In this document: positions 8,899 to 16,464 of the stretch, piece by piece | Position numbering within the stretch: the first letter of the stretch is position 1 | How the letters are laid out: every line of letters starts with the position of its first letter | Program-made: the position numbers and the translations under genes | Notes under the pieces: model-generated | What the model saw: the letters and a program-made list of their open reading frames with translations, nothing else | The model's database searches: none | What the model was told of the DNA's origin: nothing | From: Bacteroidales bacterium | GTDB lineage: Bacteria; Bacteroidota; Bacteroidia; Bacteroidales; Paludibacteraceae | Assembly (NCBI GenBank): GCA_022783865.1 | Contig: JALFYY010000007.1 | Location: 4,020-68,019, forward strand | Direction of reading: 5' to 3' | Length of the DNA stretch: 64,000 bases

Positions 8899-8906
8899 CA
8901 AAGGTA
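8899..8906 (-). promoter_or_regulatory. -7 box TAccTTTG (gtrB)
   Basis: 22 nt upstream of the MALITIL ATG at 8877. Confidence 0.5.
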
Positions 8907-8940
8907 CGGAAAAGATTACATATGAACAAGAGGCTATTTA

Positions 8941-9004
8941 GAGATGAGTAGATGAGTAGTTGAGAAGTTGAGTAGTTGAGTAGTTGAGTAGTTGAGTAGA
9001 TGAG
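8941..9004. repeat. tandem array of eight 8-bp words (TAGWTGAG family)
   Basis: gagatgag tagatgag tagttgag aagttgag tagttgag tagttgag tagttgag tagatgag. The array starts about 35 nt upstream of the gtrB -7 box. Confidence 0.9.
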
Positions 9005-9116
9005 AAATTCGCAAAGCAAAAAAGCAGAAAGTACCATATTCGGGAAAAAGCGGGAAATATTGGGAAAGAACAAGTAGATACGGGAAAGAGCGGGAAGATG
9101 CGGTTGCTAAAGACAG

Positions 9117-9124
9117 TAATTTTG
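9117..9124 (+). promoter_or_regulatory. -7 box TAatTTTG (lysis-like operon)
   Basis: 59 nt upstream of ATG 9183. Confidence 0.5.
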
Positions 9125-9182
9125 CAACCGAAATCGATTTCCATCAAGTCAACCCAAAATGTAAAACCAAATCCAAATCATT

Positions 9183-9500
9183 ATGAGCAAAATTGTTCCA
9201 ATGGATCTAATCAACGTCATGCGAGGCAAAGTGTGCGAGCACAGTGATTTCTATTTCCAGAAACGCAACGGACAGATTTATACCGGCCGCATCTGTGAGC
9301 CCCGCAACTTGCAAACCAATCCGTACAGCACAGACGAGCTGGCACGCCAAGAAAAATTCCGTTCGACCCGGGCTGCTATGGCTAATCTGACCGACGAACA
9401 GAAAGCAGCATACAAGACTGCCTTCCGAAAACAAAACAAGTACCCAACACTGCAAGGATATATCTTTGCACAAGAGTACAAGAATTTGACAAATGCGTAA
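9183..9500 (+). CDS. small conserved hypothetical protein, tandem paralog 1
   Basis: 105 aa. It shares GKVC.H ... RIC.P ... KY.TL.G.IFA..Y with the next ORF. A TAatTTTG box lies 59 nt upstream. Confidence 0.6.
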   Translation: MSKIVPMDLINVMRGKVCEHSDFYFQKRNGQIYTGRICEPRNLQTNPYSTDELARQEKFRSTRAAMANLTDEQKAAYKTAFRKQNKYPTLQGYIFAQEYKNLTNA

Positions 9501-9549
9501 TTGCTTCAACTAAAAACATTTTATCAACCTATTCAATTTATCATTCATT

Positions 9550-9861
9550 ATGGCAAAAGTTGTTTATATCGACCCCATCGACCACATTTCCGGAAAGGTA
9601 TGCAGTCACACCCAAACCATCTTCATGCACCGCGGTGATAGCGGTACCAACTTCACCTCACGTATCTGCAACCCTCACAAGGGTGCCCCGTCCGACGGAC
9701 AGAAAGACGCAATGGCAGCTTTCGCAGCCGCACAGGCAAAAGTGAGTGAAGTGATGTCCGACCCCACGCAGCGCCAAGCCGCTACTCAGCGCTTCAAGAA
9801 CCAAACCAAGTACAAGACCTTGCGTGGCTTCATCTTCGCTGAGAACTACGGACAGGCGTAA
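9550..9861 (+). CDS. small conserved hypothetical protein, tandem paralog 2
   Basis: 103 aa and colinear with 9183-9500 (MAKVVYIDPIDHISGKVCSH...SRICNP...KYKTLRGFIFAENY). Confidence 0.6.
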   Translation: MAKVVYIDPIDHISGKVCSHTQTIFMHRGDSGTNFTSRICNPHKGAPSDGQKDAMAAFAAAQAKVSEVMSDPTQRQAATQRFKNQTKYKTLRGFIFAENYGQA

Positions 9862-9904
9862 ACGCAGCTATTGAATATCAAATATTAAATATCGGATATT
9901 CGTT

Positions 9905-10090
9905 ATGCGCAGCACCTTGCAAATCATCTTGGCAATCAGTATGGCTTCGTTTGGAGCCATACTGATTCTCACCGCCTTCTTTGTTCCGCCTATGGGCAAA
10001 ATCGACGCTTCGGTGCTCACGGCTTTTGGCGAAATGCTCACCTTCAGCGGCACCGTACTCGGTATCGACTATAAATACAAGCAGAGATAA
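9905..10090 (+). CDS. two-TM small membrane protein, holin-like
   Basis: 61 aa with hydrophobic segments at about residues 5-27 and 36-55 and a charged tail DYKYKQR, which is class II holin topology. It lies immediately upstream of a putative cell-wall enzyme. Confidence 0.5.
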   Translation: MRSTLQIILAISMASFGAILILTAFFVPPMGKIDASVLTAFGEMLTFSGTVLGIDYKYKQR

Positions 10091-10160
10091 AAGGACAATG
10101 GAATAAGGAGCCAGGAGTAAGGAACCAAGACAAATTGCCTTTGTCAACTGCCAACTTTTC

Positions 10161-10180
10161 AGACGGGGCACGCCCCGTCT
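10161..10180. repeat. REP-like 20-nt palindrome AGACGGGGCACGCCCCGTCT (copy 1)
   Basis: A perfect palindrome followed by CTACA, located between the holin-like and endolysin-like genes. Confidence 0.9.
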
Positions 10181-10249
10181 CTACAGAGCGTCAAATTGTA
10201 AATAGTCCTTTATCCTTGTTCCAATCGTCAAATTGTCAAATCGTAAATT

Positions 10250-10759
10250 ATGAAACTCACTTTAATCCGTAAAACAACCGCATCAACTCCCCCGCCCTTT
10301 CGGGAGGACATTAGGAAGCCTGACAAATCTGTTGTCGATTGTTCAGACTCCAATAGTCAAATTGCGAAATCGTCAAACTGTCAAATAGGAATGCTCTTTG
10401 ACGGCGACCGCAAACTTTGCGACACTCTCGAACCTATCGGCATCGTACCCTTGGGCTGGTACCGCCTCAGTCTGACCTACAGCCCGCGTTTCAAACGCCC
10501 GTTGCCCCTGCTCCACCACGTGCCCGGACACAGCGGCATCCGCATACACGCAGGCAACACCCTCCGCGATACCGCCGGCTGCATCCTTGTCGGTACTTTA
10601 ACGCACGATGACGTTTCGCTCACCAATGCCCGCCAAGCAGAACAACTGATTGTGAAACTTTTGCAAAACTGTGCACAGAATGAAGAACATTATATTGAGA
10701 TTGCTACTCCTCAGTACCGCAATGCTGAGTTGGAGTGCATGCAGTTGTTGGAAGAATAG
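10250..10759 (+). CDS. DUF5675-like protein, putative peptidoglycan-acting enzyme (endolysin candidate)
   Basis: The core LCDTLEP...YRLSLTYSPRFKRPLPLLHHVPGHSGIRIHAGNTLRDTAGCILVG has an H..GN...DT.GCILVG signature reminiscent of the YkuD-type His/Cys active site. The family assignment is from memory. The N-terminus carries about 37 extra residues built from repeat words. Confidence 0.55.
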   Translation: MKLTLIRKTTASTPPPFREDIRKPDKSVVDCSDSNSQIAKSSNCQIGMLFDGDRKLCDTLEPIGIVPLGWYRLSLTYSPRFKRPLPLLHHVPGHSGIRIHAGNTLRDTAGCILVGTLTHDDVSLTNARQAEQLIVKLLQNCAQNEEHYIEIATPQYRNAELECMQLLEE

Positions 10760-11102
10760 TTATCAATCGGTACAGCGCACAGATTCTGCCGCCTCACGCC
10801 ACTCGTGGCAAGCCGACAGTGTGCGGTTGGAGCACAGCTGCTTTGTATTGATCCGGGGTGACACCGTCCTCATCCGCGACACCATCTTCCGCGACCGCCT
10901 CCGCACCCTCACCCGCTCAGATACCATCTATCAAAAGCAAGAGGTGTATGTAGAGAAACCCGTGCGCTATGTGCCACGGTTCTACAAGGCGTGTGCTACC
11001 CTACTCGGACTGATACTGCTTGCTATCGGATGGTGGTGTATTTGGAAGATAAGGAACCGGAAAAGTCAGGGCAACCGCATCAAAATTTTATCAACTAATT
11101 AA
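10671..11102 (+). CDS. lipoprotein-signal plus C-terminal TM protein, unimolecular-spanin-like
   Basis: N-terminal signal with Cys (LLLLSTAMLSWSAC), a beta-rich middle and a C-terminal TM (ACATLLGLILLAIGWWCIWKI). It starts out of frame, 89 nt inside the preceding gene. The last about 12 codons run into the 20-bp inverted repeat. Confidence 0.45.
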   Translation: MHRMKNIILRLLLLSTAMLSWSACSCWKNSYQSVQRTDSAASRHSWQADSVRLEHSCFVLIRGDTVLIRDTIFRDRLRTLTRSDTIYQKQEVYVEKPVRYVPRFYKACATLLGLILLAIGWWCIWKIRNRKSQGNRIKILSTN

Positions 11103-11202
11103 CTTATTGATAATCAAATGTGACATTTTATGATATTAGATAAGATACAAAATTGACAAGTATTGATTGTCTGGCTGTTGACATTTTGATGCGGTTGCCC
11201 TG
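11067..11202. repeat. perfect 20-bp inverted repeat (CAGGGCAACCGCATCAAAAT / ATTTTGATGCGGTTGCCCTG) flanking a 96-bp AT-rich spacer
   Basis: The arms are 11067-11086 and 11183-11202, checked base by base. Both converging ORFs (10671-11102 and the GT2 remnant) terminate inside the spacer. Confidence 0.9.
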
Positions 11203-11463
11203 CCTTGACACTGATTTAGGCAATATTCCCAATTCTTCACATGCCCAAGGTTCTTAGGATGATGCTTTACGCTGATGCAGGAATGTTTTGCGGCGTATGT
11301 ATCAAGAATCTGCCCTGTAGTATCGGTAGAACAATCATCTCCTACGATAATTTCGTAGGAGAAATTGACTTCTTGCGCCAAGATACTATCCAAGCACTCG
11401 GATATATTGCTCTTGGTTGTAAGTAACAACCATTATACTCAATTTGGGTTTTGCTTGTTTCAT
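11136..11463 (-). pseudogene. GT2 glycosyltransferase remnant (frameshifted and 3'-truncated)
   Basis: ATG 11463 gives MKQAKPKLSIMVVTYNQEQYI and then a stop. The next frame continues SECLDSILAQEVNFSYEIIVGDDCSTDTTGQILDTYAAKH...HVKNWEYCLNQCQG. Similarity to the neighbouring paralog (HVLNYRRAFQTCTGDY) ends exactly at the right arm of the 20-bp IR. Confidence 0.7.
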
Positions 11464-11470
11464 ACAAATA

Positions 11471-12358
11471 TTAGTTCCTATGTTTTTTTAGAAAAACAGG
11501 TGGTATAAGACTTTTTAGAAAATATTGGATTATCGGCGGACAGATGCGCAACAAACGATGTTTGAAACCAGGTTTGGGCGGATTATATAGACATCGAATT
11601 TGGTTAAACTCTACAGAGTATTTACCTTGAAAAAGCGTGTCATATTGTTCAACCTGTTTCAATATAAGTTCTTTTTGCCCCTCTTTATCCAATCGACTCC
11701 ACAGACCGGCATCTTGGCAACGATAGACAGATGTTGACTCCTTGTGCTTGGCAAGGAAGCCCTTTTCTGCTAACATCAATTCCAAAAGCCAATCAAGCAT
11801 ATAAACTTGCCATAGTCTTTCATCTAATATCACTTGTTGAAGCGTTGCATTACGCAAGACACATGTGGACAGATTTGCAATCTTGTTGCCGGTAGCCTCA
11901 TCTTGTGCAGTAATCAACCATACATCACCTTTATCATCAGGAAAACTTGCAAAACCAAAACGCCCAGTACGCATATCATAAAGATACGGACGGGATGAAG
12001 ACAACACACACTCACGATGCAAATCAAGAAAATCCAAATGGCGCTGCAAATGCAATGGTGAGCACCACCAATCGTCTCCCTCCAAAATGGCTACATAATC
12101 GCCCGTACAAGTTTGAAATGCCCGACGATAATTCAACACATGCCCCATATTGGCAGCAGACGGCAAATAATGGAACGGGAAAGGCGATTGCTTTTCCATC
12201 TGACGGATAATTGCCAACGTATCGTCGGTTGAGGCGTCGTCTGCCACCAATACACGGACCTCAACATCGGAAGAGACACGTTGCATCAATACACTTTCCA
12301 AGGCCTGGCGAATGTATTTCTCTTGATTATAAGTAACTATTAATACATCTACTTTCAT
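11471..12358 (-). CDS. glycosyltransferase family 2
   Basis: MKVDVLIVTYNQEKYIRQALESVLMQRV...VLVADDASTDDT...ILEGDDWW. ATG 12358 is preferred over the TTG at 12382. Confidence 0.8.
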   Translation of the reverse strand: MKVDVLIVTYNQEKYIRQALESVLMQRVSSDVEVRVLVADDASTDDTLAIIRQMEKQSPFPFHYLPSAANMGHVLNYRRAFQTCTGDYVAILEGDDWWCSPLHLQRHLDFLDLHRECVLSSSRPYLYDMRTGRFGFASFPDDKGDVWLITAQDEATGNKIANLSTCVLRNATLQQVILDERLWQVYMLDWLLELMLAEKGFLAKHKESTSVYRCQDAGLWSRLDKEGQKELILKQVEQYDTLFQGKYSVEFNQIRCLYNPPKPGFKHRLLRICPPIIQYFLKSLIPPVFLKKHRN

Positions 12359-12382
12359 ATTTCCAGTTTCTTCGAGTAACAA

Positions 12383-13438
12383 TTACACAATTGCCCTATT
12401 CTTGCTTATGAATAGTCTTATCCAGCGAAATGGTTTGAGGAGGAACTTGCCTAAACGGTAAGCGTAAGAAGAACGGGCATCGCGTGCATCTTTCTTAAAT
12501 CGGAAGACCATTACACATAGGTTGGTATCCAAATGCAAATCTTCTGCTTTAGCATTATATTCATCAATGTATTGATTCAAATCAGCTTCCAAAGCCAATG
12601 GTAACAATTCTAAAATTTCATTTACTTTGAATATCGGTAACAAGCCTAATGTTTCTGAATCCTGTTTGGCATATTGCTGTTGAATCTCGTACACTCCTTT
12701 TCGATATTTAATCCATTGCGCAACAGTTAGAGGACGAGAGGCAGAGCCTTCATGTATGCGATAAGTTGCCGTAACCTCATTGACAAAATAAACAGCCGAA
12801 TGCAAGAAAAACTCCAAAGCCACTACAAAAGAGCCATCCACAACAGGTTGTCTTTGTATATCTTGCAACGCATCATAAACAGTTTTCCGATAAAGCCAAG
12901 TCATAGGAGCAATGTATCCCTGTGCTACCAAATGTTCGGCAAACGATACGGGAATCTTATTTATACCATTTGCGAAACATGCTTTATTTATAATTGTGCC
13001 TTTGGCATCGCAAGTATCATAATCAGTGTAGCAAAGCCCTATATCCGGATGTGTTTCAAGGAAGTCAACTTGCTTTTGAAGTTTGTGCGGATTGGTCCAA
13101 AAATCATCGCCTTCGCATATGGCGATGTAGGGGGCACCGGTGGCTTCTATGGCGGCATTCATTATTTTGGTTAAAGAACCGTCTTTTTTGCTGTATTGGT
13201 TCTCGGTTTCGTAGATGGGATGGATGATGTCGGGGTACTTGGCGGCATACTCACGGATAATGTCGGCGGAGTGGTCAGTGGAAGCATCATCGTGGACAAT
13301 GGCGACAAAAGGGAAATCGGTCTGCTGCATGACGAAACCTTCGAGGCAGTCTCGGAGGTAGGGCTCGTGGTTATAAACGAGGCATTTGATGGCGACTTTT
13401 ATGTCATTTCCATTCACTTTTGACATATAATTGCTCAT
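12383..13438 (-). CDS. glycosyltransferase family 2
   Basis: VAIKCLVYNHEPYLRDCLEGFVMQQTDFPFVAIVHDDASTDHSADII...ICEGDDFW, a pattern common in Bacteroidales capsule-locus GT2 enzymes. Confidence 0.85.
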   Translation of the reverse strand: MSNYMSKVNGNDIKVAIKCLVYNHEPYLRDCLEGFVMQQTDFPFVAIVHDDASTDHSADIIREYAAKYPDIIHPIYETENQYSKKDGSLTKIMNAAIEATGAPYIAICEGDDFWTNPHKLQKQVDFLETHPDIGLCYTDYDTCDAKGTIINKACFANGINKIPVSFAEHLVAQGYIAPMTWLYRKTVYDALQDIQRQPVVDGSFVVALEFFLHSAVYFVNEVTATYRIHEGSASRPLTVAQWIKYRKGVYEIQQQYAKQDSETLGLLPIFKVNEILELLPLALEADLNQYIDEYNAKAEDLHLDTNLCVMVFRFKKDARDARSSYAYRLGKFLLKPFRWIRLFISKNRAIV

Positions 13439-13647
13439 GTTATTGTATCCTTATTTGCTTATCTATTTACTTATCAATATCTCATAGTTTCACCTATTCC
13501 AAGACCACACATAGTCGGTATTCTCATAAAAGATTGTGGCTCTACTCAATATTCTTATCAAAATAGCCAATCAGTATTGATTATTAATCACCAATAGGAA
13601 GTAACCACTTGTAGATTCTAATAAAACTCTTGATTTACTGAATCTGC

Positions 13648-14535
13648 TCATCTTTTTTTATTATCAATTAGTTTCTTTTTATTCAATATATTCATAGCCA
13701 TACCATACATCGGTGGTCCTACAAATTTACCATTCTTCAGCGTTACCCCTTTGCCTTCATGCTGCGCTTCTTCATATAACTTCACCATTTCTTCTGCCCA
13801 AGCAATTTCATCTTCCGTTGGGGAAAAATACTGATGAACCAATGGTAATTCCTTCGGATTAAGAACCAACATACCTTCAAAACCTAATTTCTTTGATAGT
13901 TTTAGATTCTGCTCTAAATCTTCTAAATCGTGTACCTTAACGTGAACGGTATCAATAGGCAACACACCACACGCACGCGCTCCATTCACTATCATATTTC
14001 GCGCAAAGAAAATACTTTGTCCCTCGGGGTCATGTTGACCATGCAGACTAGTTACGTAATCTTCACATCCAAAAGCAACTGCTACTACACGATTAGGACA
14101 CGCCTTACAGATTGATTCAATATTCATCACAGCACCAACCGTTTCTATTAAAGGTATGACCTTAAATATGCCAACCGGTATATGCTTTTCATACTCAATT
14201 GTTTCCAAGAGTTTTCCTACGAAATAAACATCTTCCTCCTTATTAGACTTAGGATATACAAACCCTGTTATTCCCGGAATAGTCAATTGATATAAATCTT
14301 GTAGCAGTTCTCCACTCTCTCTATCATTAACACGCGGAAAAAGAAGTTTATCCTTGGATTCGGGCAACTGAACAAATGATTTTATATTATCTCTTGCCCT
14401 TTGTTTATCTTGGGGAGGAACAGAATCTTCTATATCCAGCAACAACACATCTGCATCTCTTCGAAGAGAACTCTCCAAAAGATGTTGGTTGTGAGCCGGC
14501 ACAAACATCAAACTGCGCATCAAATACTCATTCAT
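13648..14535 (-). CDS. HpcH/HpaI aldolase / citrate-lyase beta (CitE)-like lyase
   Basis: MFVPAHNQHLLESSLRRDADVLLLDIEDSVPPQDKQRAR and the later IPLIETV and AFGCEDY motifs are typical of the CitE/malyl-CoA lyase family. About 34% GC. Confidence 0.8.
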   Translation of the reverse strand: MNEYLMRSLMFVPAHNQHLLESSLRRDADVLLLDIEDSVPPQDKQRARDNIKSFVQLPESKDKLLFPRVNDRESGELLQDLYQLTIPGITGFVYPKSNKEEDVYFVGKLLETIEYEKHIPVGIFKVIPLIETVGAVMNIESICKACPNRVVAVAFGCEDYVTSLHGQHDPEGQSIFFARNMIVNGARACGVLPIDTVHVKVHDLEDLEQNLKLSKKLGFEGMLVLNPKELPLVHQYFSPTEDEIAWAEEMVKLYEEAQHEGKGVTLKNGKFVGPPMYGMAMNILNKKKLIDNKKR

Positions 14536-14993
14536 ACATTTTTCTTTTTTATAAGTACATGTCGACGGAAAGATAACACATCTTGACCATTCTGGTTACT
14601 TGCAATCGTCTCTACATACACGATACCACGATCCGATTTGGTATTAGACTCACGTTTATCAAGTACTTTTGTACGAACATATAAAGTATCACCAATAAAT
14701 ACCGGAGCCAAGTGCTTAATATTTTCGTAATCCAAATTAGCAATAGCCTTGCCACTAATATCGGGCACAGTCATACCAACAGAAAGCGAGAACACCAACG
14801 TACCGACTACCAGAATCCTTCCATGTTGATTACGACTGGCATAATCAGCGTTCGTATGCACAGGATGATGATTCATCGTTAGCAGACTAAAAAAATTATT
14901 GTCGCTCTCGAAAATAGTCTTGCTGAGTGAATGTTTTATTTCTTGACCGACTTCGAATTCTTCGAAGTACATGCCTAATTTACTTGGTTCCAT
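14532..14993 (-). CDS. MaoC-like (R)-hydratase/dehydratase
   Basis: Hot-dog fold pattern FSLLTMNHHPVHTNADYA...GRILVVGTLVFS. The start is set at Met21 (TAATG overlap with the upstream stop), and there is a 4-nt overlap with the downstream gene. Confidence 0.8.
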   Translation of the reverse strand: MEPSKLGMYFEEFEVGQEIKHSLSKTIFESDNNFFSLLTMNHHPVHTNADYASRNQHGRILVVGTLVFSLSVGMTVPDISGKAIANLDYENIKHLAPVFIGDTLYVRTKVLDKRESNTKSDRGIVYVETIASNQNGQDVLSFRRHVLIKKKNV

Positions 14994-15664
14994 TATCGTA
15001 TAATATGATTTAATTGTGGTTTTATTATTGCCGGATTGCCATATAACACACAATTATTATCAACTGATTTGGTTATATTTGATGACATTCCTACAATGTT
15101 ATTGTTGCCAATAATTATCCCATTTCTAATCGAAGAGTTAAGCCCTATAAAATTCTCATTTCCTATAGATAGTCCACTACCTACACAAACCTGACCTGCG
15201 AAATAATTATTATTGCCCACTTTAATATCATGCCCTAATAATGTACCCGAGTTAACAGTATTAAAGTTGCCCAATATAGCATTACAATTAACTACAACAT
15301 TCGCTAACAAAACATTACCAATGCCTATCTTTGCAGATTTTGCCAACATTACGGACGGATGAATAAAGTTACAAAACTTTTCTTGGGGGATATTCAGCTC
15401 TGTAAGGATTTGTGTCCTCTCTCGCATCGAATCCGGACGGTATAGTTGGTAAATAAATTTCACATCATCATACTTCTTAAACTTTTCGTATGCATCTTTG
15501 ATGTCGCACAAGATAGGGTAACCACTAACCTCATCACCTCCCGAATGATCATCTAAAGCAAGACCTAAGACTTCAATATCCATTCCAAATCGTTGTCTCG
15601 CGTCCCAGATTTGGTCTGCTATAACAATAGCCGTTCCACGACCACCAATTAATACAATTTTCAT
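14993..15664 (-). CDS. NeuD/PglD-like sugar N-acyltransferase (Rossmann-like N-domain plus LbH)
   Basis: MKIVLIGGRGTAIVIADQI N-domain followed by hexapeptide repeats (IGIGNVLLANVVVNCNAILGNFNTVNSGTLLGHDIKVGNNNYF...). Confidence 0.8.
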   Translation of the reverse strand: MKIVLIGGRGTAIVIADQIWDARQRFGMDIEVLGLALDDHSGGDEVSGYPILCDIKDAYEKFKKYDDVKFIYQLYRPDSMRERTQILTELNIPQEKFCNFIHPSVMLAKSAKIGIGNVLLANVVVNCNAILGNFNTVNSGTLLGHDIKVGNNNYFAGQVCVGSGLSIGNENFIGLNSSIRNGIIIGNNNIVGMSSNITKSVDNNCVLYGNPAIIKPQLNHIIR

Positions 15665-15700
15665 ATCTTTCTTACACTTTTAGTATTTCTACCATACAAT

Positions 15701-16426
15701 TCATTTCTTTCTCTCCATATCTTTGGTCAATGGGGAATCTATTAATGAATATCGTTGCAACATTCCTTTAATTTGTTTTGGAGAACAAAACATTAAAATA
15801 TCAATCATTGATAACCCAGGTACAAATTCATTCTTGAATTGCTGATAACATTCTATCTCCGGTTTTAAGAATAACAACTTGATATAATGGTTATCAAACA
15901 CATTCTTGTCGTATAGTTCGACACCTCCAATAGCATTGATATATGTATCGGCATGCAACAATTTACATATACTTATAATTTTATCTTGACCTTTCAAAGA
16001 ATTATCTTTTTCAATATCCGAAGAAAGAATAATGTTGGTTTGCATGTGCAAATAATCACACACATTTCTGATACTATTATCTATGAATAGCGCGATATTA
16101 TGTTTCGGGAAATCAAAGATAGTATCTAATAACTCCATAGTTTCCGCATAGAAAGGCGCTTTAGCATATGCCATTTGTATTGTTTTTCGTAATTTTGAGA
16201 AATCATCTGCAATAGAAATTTCATTTATCAATTTATTTTGACTAGCTTCATGCAAAGCAATAGAAAACAACTTTTTCTCTCCATTCAATAGGATATTATT
16301 TCGATTAATCCACCCGCGCTTAATAAAGTTTACATCATCATATACCACATATGTATCTACCGCCGCAATTAATTGCCAATAACCAATATATGGCATAAAA
16401 TATGGCTGCATTATTCCTATCCTCAT
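15701..16426 (-). CDS. WbqC-family protein
   Basis: MRIGIMQPYFMPYIGYWQLIAAVDTYVVYDDVNFIKRGWINRN is the characteristic WbqC N-terminus. Confidence 0.8.
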   Translation of the reverse strand: MRIGIMQPYFMPYIGYWQLIAAVDTYVVYDDVNFIKRGWINRNNILLNGEKKLFSIALHEASQNKLINEISIADDFSKLRKTIQMAYAKAPFYAETMELLDTIFDFPKHNIALFIDNSIRNVCDYLHMQTNIILSSDIEKDNSLKGQDKIISICKLLHADTYINAIGGVELYDKNVFDNHYIKLLFLKPEIECYQQFKNEFVPGLSMIDILMFCSPKQIKGMLQRYSLIDSPLTKDMERKK

Positions 16427-16464
16427 TTTTCTATTATTTTGTTCTTTTGGAGTTTAATATATGC

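Noticed and set aside
8938-9100. Tandem repeat region considered as a CRISPR array or as coding sequence (track ORFs 8891-9073 and 8938-9147).
   Set aside because: The units are 8 bp with no spacers, so this is not CRISPR. The ORFs are just translations of the repeat (LLNYSTTQLLNYS...) and overlap the gtrB promoter.
10161-10180. REP-like palindromes at 10161, 38757 and 38856 considered as Rho-independent terminators.
   Set aside because: None is followed by a T-run on either strand. Only the 48430 copy has one (on the minus strand), so only that copy is annotated as a terminator.
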